A stretch of 64,000 nt of DNA from an archaeon (GCA_041661245.1 JBAZUY010000001.1:156355-220354); one strand, 5' to 3'. Counted from the stretch's first letter, positions 8,104 to 18,417 are shown. Made by a program: numbers and translations. The notes: generated by a model not told the origin, from the sequence alone.

Positions 8104-10509
8104 TTGATACAAGAAAAAAGATTTACTAAAGAAATGGAACTCATTGCTTATGAAGAATGGCGAAAAGAAAACGCATTCAAGTTTGATAAAAACTCAAAAC
8201 TCCCTGTTTACTCAATTGATACTCCCCCGCCATACATTAATTCTCCAATACACATTGGGCACGCTTCAACTTATGTAATAATGGATTTTATTGCAAGATA
8301 TAGAAAAATGACAGGACATGAAGTACTATTTCCACTAGGACTTGATCAAAACGGATTACCAATTGAAATAAGCGCTGAAAAAAAATACAATGTTAATTTT
8401 ACTAAAACTAGTAGGGCACAAGCAGTAGAGTATTGTAGAAAACTACTGGATGAAACTAGTGCTGAAAGTATTGATTCATTTTTCAAATGCGGAATCGGAT
8501 TCTCTTCATGGAACGAAGGAGAGGAATTGGGGGAAATATACCAAACTGATTCCCCGGCATACCGATCAGTTACACAAAGCACATTTGTTACACTTTATGA
8601 AAAAGGATTAATTTACGAAGCAAACAAAGTAGTAAACTGGGATCCAAAATTACAAACAACTGTATCTGATTCAGAAATAATTTACGAAGACAGACCAGGA
8701 TTTTTCCACGAAATTATTTTCAAAGTAAAGGGCACAGAAGAACAAGTAATTATTGCAACAACAAGACCAGAACTTGTTTGCACATGCGCAATGGTAATAT
8801 TTAATCCAGAAGATAAACGATACCAACATTTAGAAGGCAAAACTTTAATCACCCCCTATTTCAACAAAGAAGTCCCATGCAAATCACACCCTGTTGCAGA
8901 AATCGATAAAGGAACAGGAATAATGATGATGTGTGCTTATGGAGATTTAACAGACATTCGATTTTTCATGGAACAAAAATTAGAGGGAAAAGTTGCAATC
9001 AATAAAGATGGAACACTAAACGAAAATGCGGGAGATTTAAAGGGATTAAGAATCAAAGAAGCGAGAGAAAAAATAATTGAAGGACTAAAAGCACAAGGAT
9101 TACTAAAAAACATGACTCCAACTGCAGCACACCGAACACCAATCGGAGAAAGAAGCGGAGCAGCAATTGAGTTCATTGAAATGAAAGAATACTATTTAGA
9201 ACAATTAAAATTCAAAGACGAAATGAGAAGAATTGCCAGTGAAGTAAATATTTACGCGCCACAATCAAGACAAATATTACTTGATTGGATTGATTCCGTT
9301 TCAATTGATTGGCCAATTACTAGAAGAAGATTTTACGCAACTGAAGTACCTGCATGGTATTGCAAAAAATGTGGAACTATTTGCTTAGCAGAAAAAGGAA
9401 AATACGTACAACCTTGGAAAGAAGAATACACTGGAACTTGTAAAAAATGTGGAGCTAGTGGAAAAGAAAACTTTGTTGGAGATGAAAGAGTATTTGATAC
9501 TTGGTTTGATTCCTCAATTTCCCCACTTTATATCTTAGGATACGAAAGACACCCTGAATTTTTTAAAGCACACGACAAGTGTTCACTTAGACCACAAGGA
9601 AAAGAAATTGTTAGAACTTGGTTATACTACACTCTTTTGAAAGATTATTTACTAACTGGAAAAACTATTTTCAAAGATGCTTGGATTCACCACCACATTG
9701 TTACTGAAGATGGAACAAAAATGAGTAAATCAAAAGGAAACGGAATTGATCCGCACAAAGTTTTGGAACTGTATGGATCCGGACCATTTAGAACATGGTG
9801 CGCTGTTGAAGGAAACTTGGACAAGAATGATTTCCGTTGCTCAATGCAAAGAATTGAAAACGCTGGAAAATTACTTGAAAAACTTTGGAATGTTTCAAAA
9901 TTCGTTTCAATGTTTGAATTCACTAGCGAACAAGAAAAAAATGTTGAACTAATGGAAATAGATAAATGGATTACTCAAGAAGTAGACAAACTAGTTGTTG
10001 AAGCACAAGAAGGATATGAAAAATATGATTTCCACAATCCAGTTGTTCACATAATTAACTTCATTAGAGACGAATTTGCTTCACACTATGTTGAAACAGT
10101 AAAGAGAAGAGCATACAATAATGACCCAACAATTAAATTCACTAGTGCACAACGAAACGCCGCAGTAAAAACTCTAAGGGATTCACTCAAAACATTACTT
10201 GAACTACTCTACCCAATTAACCCTGCAATGACACACTTCATTTACTCACAATTATTTAACGCACAAATAATTAAAGCAAAATTCCCTACTACAAAAGGAC
10301 TCACAAGCACAATAATTGGAATGGAAATGATTGAATTTAATTCAGCATGCTGGAAAGCAAAGAAAGACAACAATCTAAGTTTAAAGGACTCCATGAAGAG
10401 TGCAACTGCCCCTGAATCACTAAAACCAATCGAAACGGAACTAAAAGCAATGCACAATTTACTTGCAATAGAATTTAAAGGCAAAGAAAGCAAAGTTGAA
10501 GCAAAATAA
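8104..10509 (+). CDS. leuS: Class Ia aminoacyl-tRNA synthetase, most likely leucyl-tRNA synthetase (short form)
   Basis: HIGH motif PIHIGHASTY; KMSKS motif TKMSKSKGNGIDP (KMSKSKGN is LeuRS-like, whereas Val/IleRS have KMSKSLGN); Cys-rich insert CKKCG...CKKCG. 801 aa is short for an archaeal LeuRS. Confidence 0.6.
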   Translation: MIQEKRFTKEMELIAYEEWRKENAFKFDKNSKLPVYSIDTPPPYINSPIHIGHASTYVIMDFIARYRKMTGHEVLFPLGLDQNGLPIEISAEKKYNVNFTKTSRAQAVEYCRKLLDETSAESIDSFFKCGIGFSSWNEGEELGEIYQTDSPAYRSVTQSTFVTLYEKGLIYEANKVVNWDPKLQTTVSDSEIIYEDRPGFFHEIIFKVKGTEEQVIIATTRPELVCTCAMVIFNPEDKRYQHLEGKTLITPYFNKEVPCKSHPVAEIDKGTGIMMMCAYGDLTDIRFFMEQKLEGKVAINKDGTLNENAGDLKGLRIKEAREKIIEGLKAQGLLKNMTPTAAHRTPIGERSGAAIEFIEMKEYYLEQLKFKDEMRRIASEVNIYAPQSRQILLDWIDSVSIDWPITRRRFYATEVPAWYCKKCGTICLAEKGKYVQPWKEEYTGTCKKCGASGKENFVGDERVFDTWFDSSISPLYILGYERHPEFFKAHDKCSLRPQGKEIVRTWLYYTLLKDYLLTGKTIFKDAWIHHHIVTEDGTKMSKSKGNGIDPHKVLELYGSGPFRTWCAVEGNLDKNDFRCSMQRIENAGKLLEKLWNVSKFVSMFEFTSEQEKNVELMEIDKWITQEVDKLVVEAQEGYEKYDFHNPVVHIINFIRDEFASHYVETVKRRAYNNDPTIKFTSAQRNAAVKTLRDSLKTLLELLYPINPAMTHFIYSQLFNAQIIKAKFPTTKGLTSTIIGMEMIEFNSACWKAKKDNNLSLKDSMKSATAPESLKPIETELKAMHNLLAIEFKGKESKVEAK

Positions 10510-10571
10510 ACAAAAAAAAGCTTTGACAGGAACTATTTAATACCCCTTTTTCCTTTCTAAATAAGGGATTT

Positions 10572-11903
10572 TTGTTGAAGAAACTTGCACTACTATTATT
10601 ACTATTACTAGTACTAAGCACGGCTGTAAGCGCACTAAGTTCGGATGAAGCAATAGCACTTGTTTCAGTAAAAAATAATTACTTACTAACAGGGGAAAGC
10701 GCAACTACTACAAAAGACCCAATAACCTACCAAGGAAGCCAATACTTAGTTGTTGCAACAATGTCAGGAGATGCTGTAACTTGCTACATCCCAATTAGAA
10801 GTTCTGATTCAAAAATAGCAACACTTGATCTTGAAATAAGAGAAATAATCAAAACAACAATTGCTTATTCTAAAATGACTGAACTAAAAAATAATACTAC
10901 TCCTGCAGACTGGCCATTTTCATATTCCACTAAAAACTTTTTTTATGATTTGAGTAATGATTTCACAAGCCTCGCAAACGATATTTTAAGCACACAAACA
11001 ATACTAAACGGAATTGGAACTACAGAAGCAAAAACACTCGCACTACAAGTTGGTTTGGCAAAAAATGCTGCTGAAGATCTTTCAGACAAAAGTAAAACAC
11101 TATCAACACAAATAGAAACTTCAAGACTTTATGAAGAAAGTTATTTATCCGGCCCGGACACAAATAAAACAAATAAATACGAAACAAATTACAAAAACTT
11201 TTTTACTTCAGTTGCGGATTTTAAACAAGAATTTGTGGATTTACAAACAACCATCACTGAAATTAATCAAGGAGTAAGCACACTTGATCCATCAAAATTA
11301 ACTACAGACCAGCAAAAAACCTACCAAATATTACTTACAAAAGTACCAATAGCAATCTCAAAAGGAACAAGAACTAACCCAGGAAAACTTGACTCATTCT
11401 TTAGCACAACAGACCAATTACGAACAATGATTGAAGGAGTATTTAATTCTTCAAGAAACTCAGAGGGATACGCTACCACACTTGATGCAAGAAAAGTAAG
11501 AAGCGACGCATGGATCAAACTATATGGAACAAACGAAACAATGACTAAATTAGACCCAAGTTTTACTACACTGCAAAAAGCAGCCACTGCAGTATTATCC
11601 ACTGAAAATGTAGATTATTGGAAAGACCAAGATTCCGTAGAAGCACTAAAAGTAAACTGGAACGGAGCAGAACAAAGATACAACAATTCAGAGTACACAA
11701 AAGCAAAAGAATACGCACTAAAGGCAGAAAAAAATGTTACTAGTATAATGAGCCAAGGATTAAAACAAACAGAAAGTCCAATTAACCAAGACCTAATAAT
11801 TAAAATAGTCGGAGGACTAGTAATACTACTAATAGGATTATTCATTTTTGAGAAATACAAAGCAAAGAAAAAAAATAAAGAGGACGAGTACAATGAAGCA
11901 TAA
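10572..11903 (+). CDS. Surface protein (signal peptide, C-terminal TM anchor, Lys-rich tail)
   Basis: N-terminal LALLLLLLLVLSTAVSA; C-terminal IVGGLVILLIGLFIFEKYKAKKKNKEDE. Confidence 0.55.
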   Translation: MLKKLALLLLLLLVLSTAVSALSSDEAIALVSVKNNYLLTGESATTTKDPITYQGSQYLVVATMSGDAVTCYIPIRSSDSKIATLDLEIREIIKTTIAYSKMTELKNNTTPADWPFSYSTKNFFYDLSNDFTSLANDILSTQTILNGIGTTEAKTLALQVGLAKNAAEDLSDKSKTLSTQIETSRLYEESYLSGPDTNKTNKYETNYKNFFTSVADFKQEFVDLQTTITEINQGVSTLDPSKLTTDQQKTYQILLTKVPIAISKGTRTNPGKLDSFFSTTDQLRTMIEGVFNSSRNSEGYATTLDARKVRSDAWIKLYGTNETMTKLDPSFTTLQKAATAVLSTENVDYWKDQDSVEALKVNWNGAEQRYNNSEYTKAKEYALKAEKNVTSIMSQGLKQTESPINQDLIIKIVGGLVILLIGLFIFEKYKAKKKNKEDEYNEA

Positions 11904-12726
11904 ATTACTAACAATCCTAATGATACTTGCGCTATTTGCTACTGTTGCACACGCGAGCCTCTTAATTTCTGCAACAGTGGACAAAGATTCCCTATCTACT
12001 AACGAAGTTGGATTACTTACAATAAAAATATTTAATGACGCGGATATGAATGCAAAAAATGTTATCCTAACAATCAAAGGGGATGAACAAATTAAATTCT
12101 TTGAAGACGCAGTAGAAAAATCAAGCATTTACAAAACCATTGATTCAATTGGAGCAGGACAAGGAATCGAAGCAAAAATAAAAATCAAATCCATTTCATC
12201 AAAAAACCCAAGTGCAAACATATACGTATACTACGGATTTGAAGTAAACCCAAAAAATGCGGCGGTTACTGTGGTTCAAACAGTGGATTTACCACAAACA
12301 ATTACTTCCACAATGGAAAAAAAGAGTGTTAATGGAAAAGACCTTATTGTAACAACATTCAAACTAATTAACAATTCAAGTTACCCAATTACAAAAGTAA
12401 GCGCAGAAGTAATTGCCCCCACTGGATTTGAGGAAAACACACAACCATTCTTTTCAGAAACTATTAGCGCAGGACAAACAATAAATCAAACCTTCAACAT
12501 AGCTGCCCCGCTTGAAGCACGAGGAGAACAAAAATTCATTTTAGCATACGGATACTTTGATGCAAATGTACCACACTACTTTGAAAAAAGTTATTCAATG
12601 AACTTCCAAAAAGCGGACTATGGATTTTTGATTTTGATTGGAGTAATTGTTCTAATTATTGGAGTTTATACTTACATGAAAAAAGATACTAAACCAGCAG
12701 TAAAAGGAACTGCCGAAAAGAAATAA
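11848..12726 (+). CDS. Surface protein (signal peptide, C-terminal TM anchor)
   Basis: True start likely MKHKLLTILMILALFATVAHA at about 11893. C-terminal GFLILIGVIVLIIGVYTYMKKDTK. Confidence 0.55.
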   Translation: MRNTKQRKKIKRTSTMKHKLLTILMILALFATVAHASLLISATVDKDSLSTNEVGLLTIKIFNDADMNAKNVILTIKGDEQIKFFEDAVEKSSIYKTIDSIGAGQGIEAKIKIKSISSKNPSANIYVYYGFEVNPKNAAVTVVQTVDLPQTITSTMEKKSVNGKDLIVTTFKLINNSSYPITKVSAEVIAPTGFEENTQPFFSETISAGQTINQTFNIAAPLEARGEQKFILAYGYFDANVPHYFEKSYSMNFQKADYGFLILIGVIVLIIGVYTYMKKDTKPAVKGTAEKK

Positions 12727-12778
12727 GTACTAATTGTAAATTACAAAAACAAATTCAGACAAAATGAATAACTAGATT

Positions 12779-13864
12779 CTAAACTGAAATTTCAATAATA
12801 TCCTTATTCTTTAAAACAAAATCCGGACCAACTGTCTGCCCAGGGAATTTTGCCGAACCCCAAACCTTTGCATACTTTAAATTCTTTGCAAAATCCTTGT
12901 GCAATACTTCAGCAAGATCAAGAACAGTTGCACCTTTATCAAGCGCCATTGGATCATTCAAATCCGCATCCTTTCCTGGTTTTTTTGTGTAAACTAAAAT
13001 TTTTTCCAAAAGCAAAAACAACCTATCCTTCACATCAACCAAATTATGATCAGTTATTTGATAAGGATTAACAAAAACTGCACGCTTATAACAAATCTTT
13101 TCATTCAATGCCTCAGCAACTTCACTTAGAGAATTAATTGTTCCAGAAATAATTACTTGCGCATTAGTATAACCTGAATTTTTTAAATACTGTTCTAATT
13201 GTTCAACTGGAAATTTTAAAAATTCTTTTCCGGACAGTGCAATTCCTGGAAAAGAAGAAACCTTAACTGAAATAGGGGGCTTTGTTTTGTTAATGTAAAT
13301 GTACGCCTTATTCATTTCATCCAAAATTATTCTTTTGTGTTCATCTGAATTAAAAGTAAATAAAACCGCATCAGAATTTCTAATTACCCCCATTATTTCT
13401 CTCCCTTGAGCTTTTCCTTCTGCAGAGCCTTCAATTATCGCAGGAATCTCAACTAATTGAATTCTCGCACCATCGTAATCAAACATAGCAGGAGTAGGTT
13501 CTTTTGTTGCAAATGGATAAGGAGTATCATCAGTAATATGTTTTCCAACAAGTCTATTTAATATCCAAGATTTTCCTGAGTTAGGCAACCCAACAATAAC
13601 AATCTGGCCAATCCCATCCTTCTTAATATACATTGAAGGCCCGCCAGAGCCTTTCTTAGCAGAACCCGCAGATTTTTGTTTTTCAAGTTCATTTCTATAC
13701 TCCGAAACCTTTCTATTCAAATCAGCCCTAAGTTTTTCAGCACCCTTATGTTTTGGCGCCTCGGATTGCATTTCAAGAAGAGCTGTTAATTTTTCCTCAG
13801 GCGTTTTAGCTTCCTCAAATTTCTTTTGAGCAACACCATATCCCACAGAAGTATTTGTTGTCAT
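12779..13864 (-). CDS. DRG/Obg-family GTPase with C-terminal TGS domain
   Basis: P-loop GLPNSGKSW; switch region LVEIPAIIEG; C-terminal beta-grasp/TGS-like tail. The architecture is typical of archaeal/eukaryotic DRG. Confidence 0.7.
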   Translation of the reverse strand: MTTNTSVGYGVAQKKFEEAKTPEEKLTALLEMQSEAPKHKGAEKLRADLNRKVSEYRNELEKQKSAGSAKKGSGGPSMYIKKDGIGQIVIVGLPNSGKSWILNRLVGKHITDDTPYPFATKEPTPAMFDYDGARIQLVEIPAIIEGSAEGKAQGREIMGVIRNSDAVLFTFNSDEHKRIILDEMNKAYIYINKTKPPISVKVSSFPGIALSGKEFLKFPVEQLEQYLKNSGYTNAQVIISGTINSLSEVAEALNEKICYKRAVFVNPYQITDHNLVDVKDRLFLLLEKILVYTKKPGKDADLNDPMALDKGATVLDLAEVLHKDFAKNLKYAKVWGSAKFPGQTVGPDFVLKNKDIIEISV

Positions 13865-13917
13865 AATACAAAATAAAGAACTAAAACGTTTAAAAACTTG
13901 AAATCAAAGAGAAAAAA

Positions 13918-14517
13918 TTATAATTTAACCCTTAAAACCAATAATTCTTCAAAAAACAATTTTCTTCTTCCGACAACCTTAACACCAAAACCCAATTCAA
14001 TAAGTTTCTTTTTAATTTCACTTGGTTTATTAAGTGAAGAGACCAAAAGCAATAAAACTCCATTTTTATTTAAATGCGCAGGAAAAGAGGAAAGAAATTT
14101 ATCAATCGTTTCCCTTCCATTTTCCCCCCCATCCAAATCCACCCACTTTATTTCATCACTAGGAACATAAGGAGGATTAAATGCAATAAAATCAAATTTA
14201 TCTTTTTTTAAAGAAGAAAACAAATTACTTTTTTTGAATTTTATTACGGACCCAACGTGTCCAGGAAATTGAGTCCTCTCTTTGGTTGAATTTTTAATAT
14301 ACCCCAAAATATTTTTTTTAGATTGCTTTAATGCAACCGCATTAATGTCAACAGAAACTAATTCTTTTGCCCCACACTTAAGCATTGCAATTCCTTGCAC
14401 CCCACTGCCCGTACCAATGTCAAGACATTTCTTTCCACTTAAGTTTTCTTTTAGAATACATTCTTCAAGCAAATAAGAATCCTCAGCAGGAGAATAAACT
14501 TCTTTTGAAACTTTCAT
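13918..14517 (-). CDS. HemK/Mtq2-like SAM-dependent methyltransferase (NPPY family)
   Basis: Motif I LDIGTGSGVQGI; motif IV FIAFNPPY. The about 200 aa size fits the archaeal Mtq2-type release-factor/N6-amino methylase. Confidence 0.65.
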   Translation of the reverse strand: MKVSKEVYSPAEDSYLLEECILKENLSGKKCLDIGTGSGVQGIAMLKCGAKELVSVDINAVALKQSKKNILGYIKNSTKERTQFPGHVGSVIKFKKSNLFSSLKKDKFDFIAFNPPYVPSDEIKWVDLDGGENGRETIDKFLSSFPAHLNKNGVLLLLVSSLNKPSEIKKKLIELGFGVKVVGRRKLFFEELLVLRVKL

Positions 14518-14552
14518 TTAAACAACCACACAAAATAGTTCTTTTCAAAAAA

Positions 14553-15293
14553 TTAATTTGCTTTATCTGAAATACTCCACAAGTGATCAAAATCAGATTT
14601 AAACTCGGCAGCAATAGAATAACTCTCAATAAAAACCAAATTCTCATCATTCCGTGTATCCGCATTTTGAGAATAATTAAACGAACCAGTTGCAACAAAA
14701 TTACCATCAATAATTGTATATTTACTATGCATATACCCCGAACCATTTCTTCTTGAAACCTTAATCCCCGCATCAATTAATTTCTCATCATCACTAGAAG
14801 CATTAGCACTCTGATCATAATCAAACACAACTTCAATCTCAATGCCCCTCTTCTTTGCATTAACTAAAGCATCACTAATACCATCATGAGTAAATGAATA
14901 AATTGCAATGAAAATATTTTTATCAGCTGAATTAATTTTTTGAATTAGTTGCTCTGCACACGCATCCCTGGGACAAAAAAATACTCCGACTTTGTCCACT
15001 TTAACTGGTTCAATAGGTTTTGAATTAGTATCAAACAAATCAATTCTAAAATTAGAAAGATTACTATCCGAATTTGCCCCACTTGAACTAATAGTAGGAA
15101 TAATGGAATACCCATTATCAGTTCTAGCAAAAAATACAAATAACCCTCCAATGGCTATTACGAAAACTAAGAACCAAACTCCCGAACTAATTCCTTTACC
15201 TTCTCCAAAACCCACACTAGACCCCACCAAGGATGGAATAAAGCAGTTTTTATTCATTTCCCCCCATTGGTTAAGGTAAAGAAAGGGATACAA
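14553..15293 (-). CDS. Secreted/membrane-anchored PLD-superfamily (single HKD) Nuc-like endonuclease
   Basis: HKD motif MHSKYTIIDGNFVATGSFNYSQNA (H-x-K-x4-D...GS-N). N-terminal TM VWFLVFVIAIGGLFVFF. Confidence 0.65.
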   Translation of the reverse strand: MYPFLYLNQWGEMNKNCFIPSLVGSSVGFGEGKGISSGVWFLVFVIAIGGLFVFFARTDNGYSIIPTISSSGANSDSNLSNFRIDLFDTNSKPIEPVKVDKVGVFFCPRDACAEQLIQKINSADKNIFIAIYSFTHDGISDALVNAKKRGIEIEVVFDYDQSANASSDDEKLIDAGIKVSRRNGSGYMHSKYTIIDGNFVATGSFNYSQNADTRNDENLVFIESYSIAAEFKSDFDHLWSISDKAN

Positions 15294-15722
15294 AAGATGA
15301 CAGTACAGAAAATGGCAGAGCTCAATACAAAAGAAATCAATCTTTGGGTAGGTTCAGACAAAGTAGTACGCTTTATAGTAGTTACAAAAAATCTCACTGC
15401 ATTCGCAACAATAAAATATTTAATTAAAGTAATACTCTCAAAACACTCTGAACCCCTCCCACTACTTTTAGATACAAGAGGGGCAGATTCAATTTCAGAT
15501 TTATCAATTTCAATACTCTTAAGTCCAAGATTAAGAAAAATGACTCTTGCATCAGCCCTCCTAGTAAAACGCCCAACCCCTGCCAGGATAATTGGAATGA
15601 TTAACAAGGAACTTTTAGAGAGCAAAGTAAAATATCCATTGAAAATATTTACCGAAGAAGAGGAAGCTCTGGATTGGGCAAAACAATATTCCCCAAAGAA
15701 TTATGATTTCTCAAAACTTTAA
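15267..15722 (+). CDS. Hypothetical protein, paralog of 26805..27209 (STAS/SpoIIAA-like fold suspected)
   Basis: The C-terminal block ...KIFTEEEEALDWAKQY aligns with ...KVFMDEKKALAWLKSF in the paralog. Confidence 0.45.
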   Translation: MVKVKKGIQKMTVQKMAELNTKEINLWVGSDKVVRFIVVTKNLTAFATIKYLIKVILSKHSEPLPLLLDTRGADSISDLSISILLSPRLRKMTLASALLVKRPTPARIIGMINKELLESKVKYPLKIFTEEEEALDWAKQYSPKNYDFSKL

Positions 15723-15736
15723 TATTAATAAAAAAA

Positions 15737-16501
15737 ATGATTTTTATGCTGTACGATGCACACTGCCACCTTGATTTGATAACTGACGAAGAACTACAAA
15801 ACGCACTTACCCAAGCAAAAGAAGAAAATGTTTTCCAAATGATTTCTTGCGCCACTTCATTTTTTTCAAACGAACGAACACTTGAACTAGCAAAAAAATA
15901 TCCTTCTATTAAAGCCGCTATTGGAATATACCCCCTTGATGCACTTGAACTAAACGAACTGGAACTGGACAAAGCCTTTTATTTTTTTGAAGCAGAAATA
16001 AAGAAAGCTATTGCAATAGGAGAAGTTGGACTTGATTTTAAGTATTCCAAAAAAAAAGAAGAACTGGAAAAACAAGTTCAAATCTTTTCCAGATTTATTG
16101 ATTTGGCAATAAAATACAATAAACCCCTAATTATTCATTCAAGATTTGCTCAAAAACAAGTACTTGAACTACTCGCAGAGAAAAACGCTAAAAAAGTTTT
16201 ACTACATTCATTTATTGATTCACAAAAACTAATGGAACAAGCTGCAAAAAAAGGATACTTTGTTTCAGTAGGACTAAGTGTATTATACAATATTGAAGTT
16301 CAGAAGAATATTTCTTCTTTCCCACTTGAAAACTTACTCTTTGAAACTGATTCCCCAATTAGATTTAATGGAGAAAAAGCAGCCCCATCAAAAGTAAGTT
16401 TAATTGCAGACAAAGTTTCAGAACTTAAGAAAATCCCTGTGGAAGAGATAATCAAACAACAAGAAAAGAACTTTACCGCCCTTTTTGAAAAAGTAAAGTA
16501 A
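15737..16501 (+). CDS. tatD: TatD-family metal-dependent hydrolase/DNase
   Basis: N-terminal MLYDAHCHLD (TatD signature 1); length 254 aa. Confidence 0.8.
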   Translation: MIFMLYDAHCHLDLITDEELQNALTQAKEENVFQMISCATSFFSNERTLELAKKYPSIKAAIGIYPLDALELNELELDKAFYFFEAEIKKAIAIGEVGLDFKYSKKKEELEKQVQIFSRFIDLAIKYNKPLIIHSRFAQKQVLELLAEKNAKKVLLHSFIDSQKLMEQAAKKGYFVSVGLSVLYNIEVQKNISSFPLENLLFETDSPIRFNGEKAAPSKVSLIADKVSELKKIPVEEIIKQQEKNFTALFEKVK

Positions 16502-16551
16502 CCGAATATTTTTTATACTTCCCCCACAGAAGATGTTTAAGTGAAAAGCGC

Positions 16552-16872
16552 ATGATACTGATATTTCTTTTCGTTTTAATAGTTGCACTAATTATAGCAA
16601 ACATACTCGTTTCAGTTTCAAGAGAAAGAAAAACAAAATCAAACGAAAAAGGCTTTGCTAAACCCCCGCTCGAATACGTGGAAGAACCCGAAGTAGTAAG
16701 CGCATCCGTAGCCAACCTACAAGAGAACAATGCCCTCTTACAAGGCTCACTACAAGCAACAAACAAAAAACTTGAAATGCTCAACGAAAGAGTAGCCAAT
16801 GTCGAAAAAATAGTAATGAGCATGATACAAAAGAAACTTGATGATGAAACAAGCGACGAAACAAAATACTAA
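16552..16872 (+). CDS. Small membrane protein with coiled-coil tail
   Basis: N-terminal TM ILIFLFVLIVALIIANILVSV. Confidence 0.4.
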   Translation: MILIFLFVLIVALIIANILVSVSRERKTKSNEKGFAKPPLEYVEEPEVVSASVANLQENNALLQGSLQATNKKLEMLNERVANVEKIVMSMIQKKLDDETSDETKY

Positions 16873-16891
16873 TTCTTAAGGGAACAATACA

Positions 16892-17026
16892 AAAACTAAT
16901 TCCAAAAAAAATAAGTGGCCTCAGAGCTGTCTTAGCCATGTCCAGCCATGGCAGAACTGAAGATTCCAACGTCCTTTCTACGAAAGGACTGAAAACTAAT
17001 TCCAAAAAAAATAAGTGGCCTCAGAG
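16892..17026 (+). repeat. 35-nt direct repeat x2 with exact 100-bp period, plus internal hairpins
   Basis: Copies of AAAACTAATTCCAAAAAAAATAAGTGGCCTCAGAG at 16892-16926 and 16992-17026. The intervening sequence contains the palindrome GCCATGGC and the hairpin GTCCTTTCtacgAAAGGAC. Confidence 0.6.
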
Positions 17027-17112
17027 TTGGATTAACTAATCACTAAATCATTAGGGATTTACTTCATCATTGGCCAATAGAATTATGTTTGCCAATAATT
17101 AAAAACTCTCTT

Positions 17113-17673
17113 TTAGAGCCACAAAAAGAAAAGAAATGCAAGAGTGTTTGCACAAAAACTTAATGCAACAAGTTCAGGTTCGCTCAGTTTTGAAATAATG
17201 GCAACAAGTTTCTTTCCAGTGTCATTAGGCAAGGGTGCTGCAACAATCCATCCTGCAAGAGCAAAAGAAGCATAGTTAACTAATTTCCTGCCAAACCAGT
17301 TCTTTGAAAAAAAACCATTCAATTGAATTAACTGTTTATCTTTAACATGAATAAAATCATTCTTGAATAATCTCCTAATTAACCTAAAAATGGATAAATC
17401 CACTATTACAGCCCCAATTCCTGCAAGTAAAGCCGCTGCAAAAATATCCGGAACGTACGTATTAACCATAAATGAAGCTGAAAAAGGAGCAAGTATTCCA
17501 AAAGGAAACAATGCCCCGGCAATAAAAACAAAAATATATGCGGTATTCCCTAAGCCAGTTGCCCATTGCAAAAGATCTTTATTTAGAAATGGTAAAAATG
17601 AAATCGCTATTAAAATAAGCAACACCCAAAGCTTTGGATACTTAATTCGCAAGAAAAGTTCTTTGGAAAACAT
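17113..17673 (-). CDS. Polytopic membrane protein (DedA/TVP38-like?)
   Basis: Multiple hydrophobic helices; no catalytic motif. Confidence 0.45.
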   Translation of the reverse strand: MFSKELFLRIKYPKLWVLLILIAISFLPFLNKDLLQWATGLGNTAYIFVFIAGALFPFGILAPFSASFMVNTYVPDIFAAALLAGIGAVIVDLSIFRLIRRLFKNDFIHVKDKQLIQLNGFFSKNWFGRKLVNYASFALAGWIVAAPLPNDTGKKLVAIISKLSEPELVALSFCANTLAFLFFLWL

Positions 17674-17786
17674 GTTAAAAGTAAGGAATTTGGGGTTTAA
17701 AACGCTAACTCTAACGGGGCTTTTGAGTTAACTCAGAAAAACCAGCCTTTAGCAATGATTAAATAGACCTGAAGAATTAATTAATT

Positions 17787-18407
17787 ATGAACAATAAAGT
17801 AAAACTCCTTTTACTTGGATTAGTACTTATCCTATTCTCAGTAAGTGCCCTTTCAATTGCTTCTCCAGAACAAGGAAAATCAATTGCATTTTATTTACAG
17901 ACAATTAACGCGAGTCTTTTAGGAAACCAAACTACTACCCAACAAACCACTCAAATTACTACTACAGGAACAGGCACAAGTGTTATTGCAAATCAACAAA
18001 CACTCACTGCAGAATGTATTGAAAGAGTTTTAGTTCAATATGATTCCCCTGTAAAAAATATGGGACTTGGAGAAAAGATTATTAGTGAAGCAAAAAAATA
18101 CAACATTGAAGCAGGATATGCATTAGCAACTTTTAGAGCAGAAAGTACTTTTGGAAAAAATGGTTATGCAGTAGATAACAAATCAATTGGAAATAGGAGA
18201 GATACTAGCGGAAACTTTATCAAATACAATACATGGGAAGCAGGAATAGAGGATTGGTTTAGTTACATCAACAGAAAGTACATTAGCGAAAAGATTACAA
18301 CTGTAGAAACAATTGCCCCAATTTATGCTCCATCCTCGGAGAATAATACTGCAAAATATATTACTGACATTACTGGATTCATGGCACAACACAAAGGAAT
18401 GTGCTGA
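17787..18407 (+). CDS. Secreted protein with glucosaminidase (GH73/FlgJ)-like domain
   Basis: Signal peptide LLLGLVLILFSVSALSIA. ALATFRAESTFGKNGYAV resembles the GH73 A-x-A-x-x-E-S-x-x-G catalytic-Glu block. Assignment is tentative. Confidence 0.45.
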   Translation: MNNKVKLLLLGLVLILFSVSALSIASPEQGKSIAFYLQTINASLLGNQTTTQQTTQITTTGTGTSVIANQQTLTAECIERVLVQYDSPVKNMGLGEKIISEAKKYNIEAGYALATFRAESTFGKNGYAVDNKSIGNRRDTSGNFIKYNTWEAGIEDWFSYINRKYISEKITTVETIAPIYAPSSENNTAKYITDITGFMAQHKGMC

Positions 18408-18417
18408 AATTGTCACA

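Noticed and set aside
14483-14776. 97-aa minus-strand ORF overlapping the PLD nuclease gene end
   Set aside because: Alternative frame of a well-supported gene; no motif.
16892-17026. Mini CRISPR array
   Set aside because: Only two repeats with a 65-nt 'spacer', AT-rich non-palindromic repeats, and no cas genes nearby.
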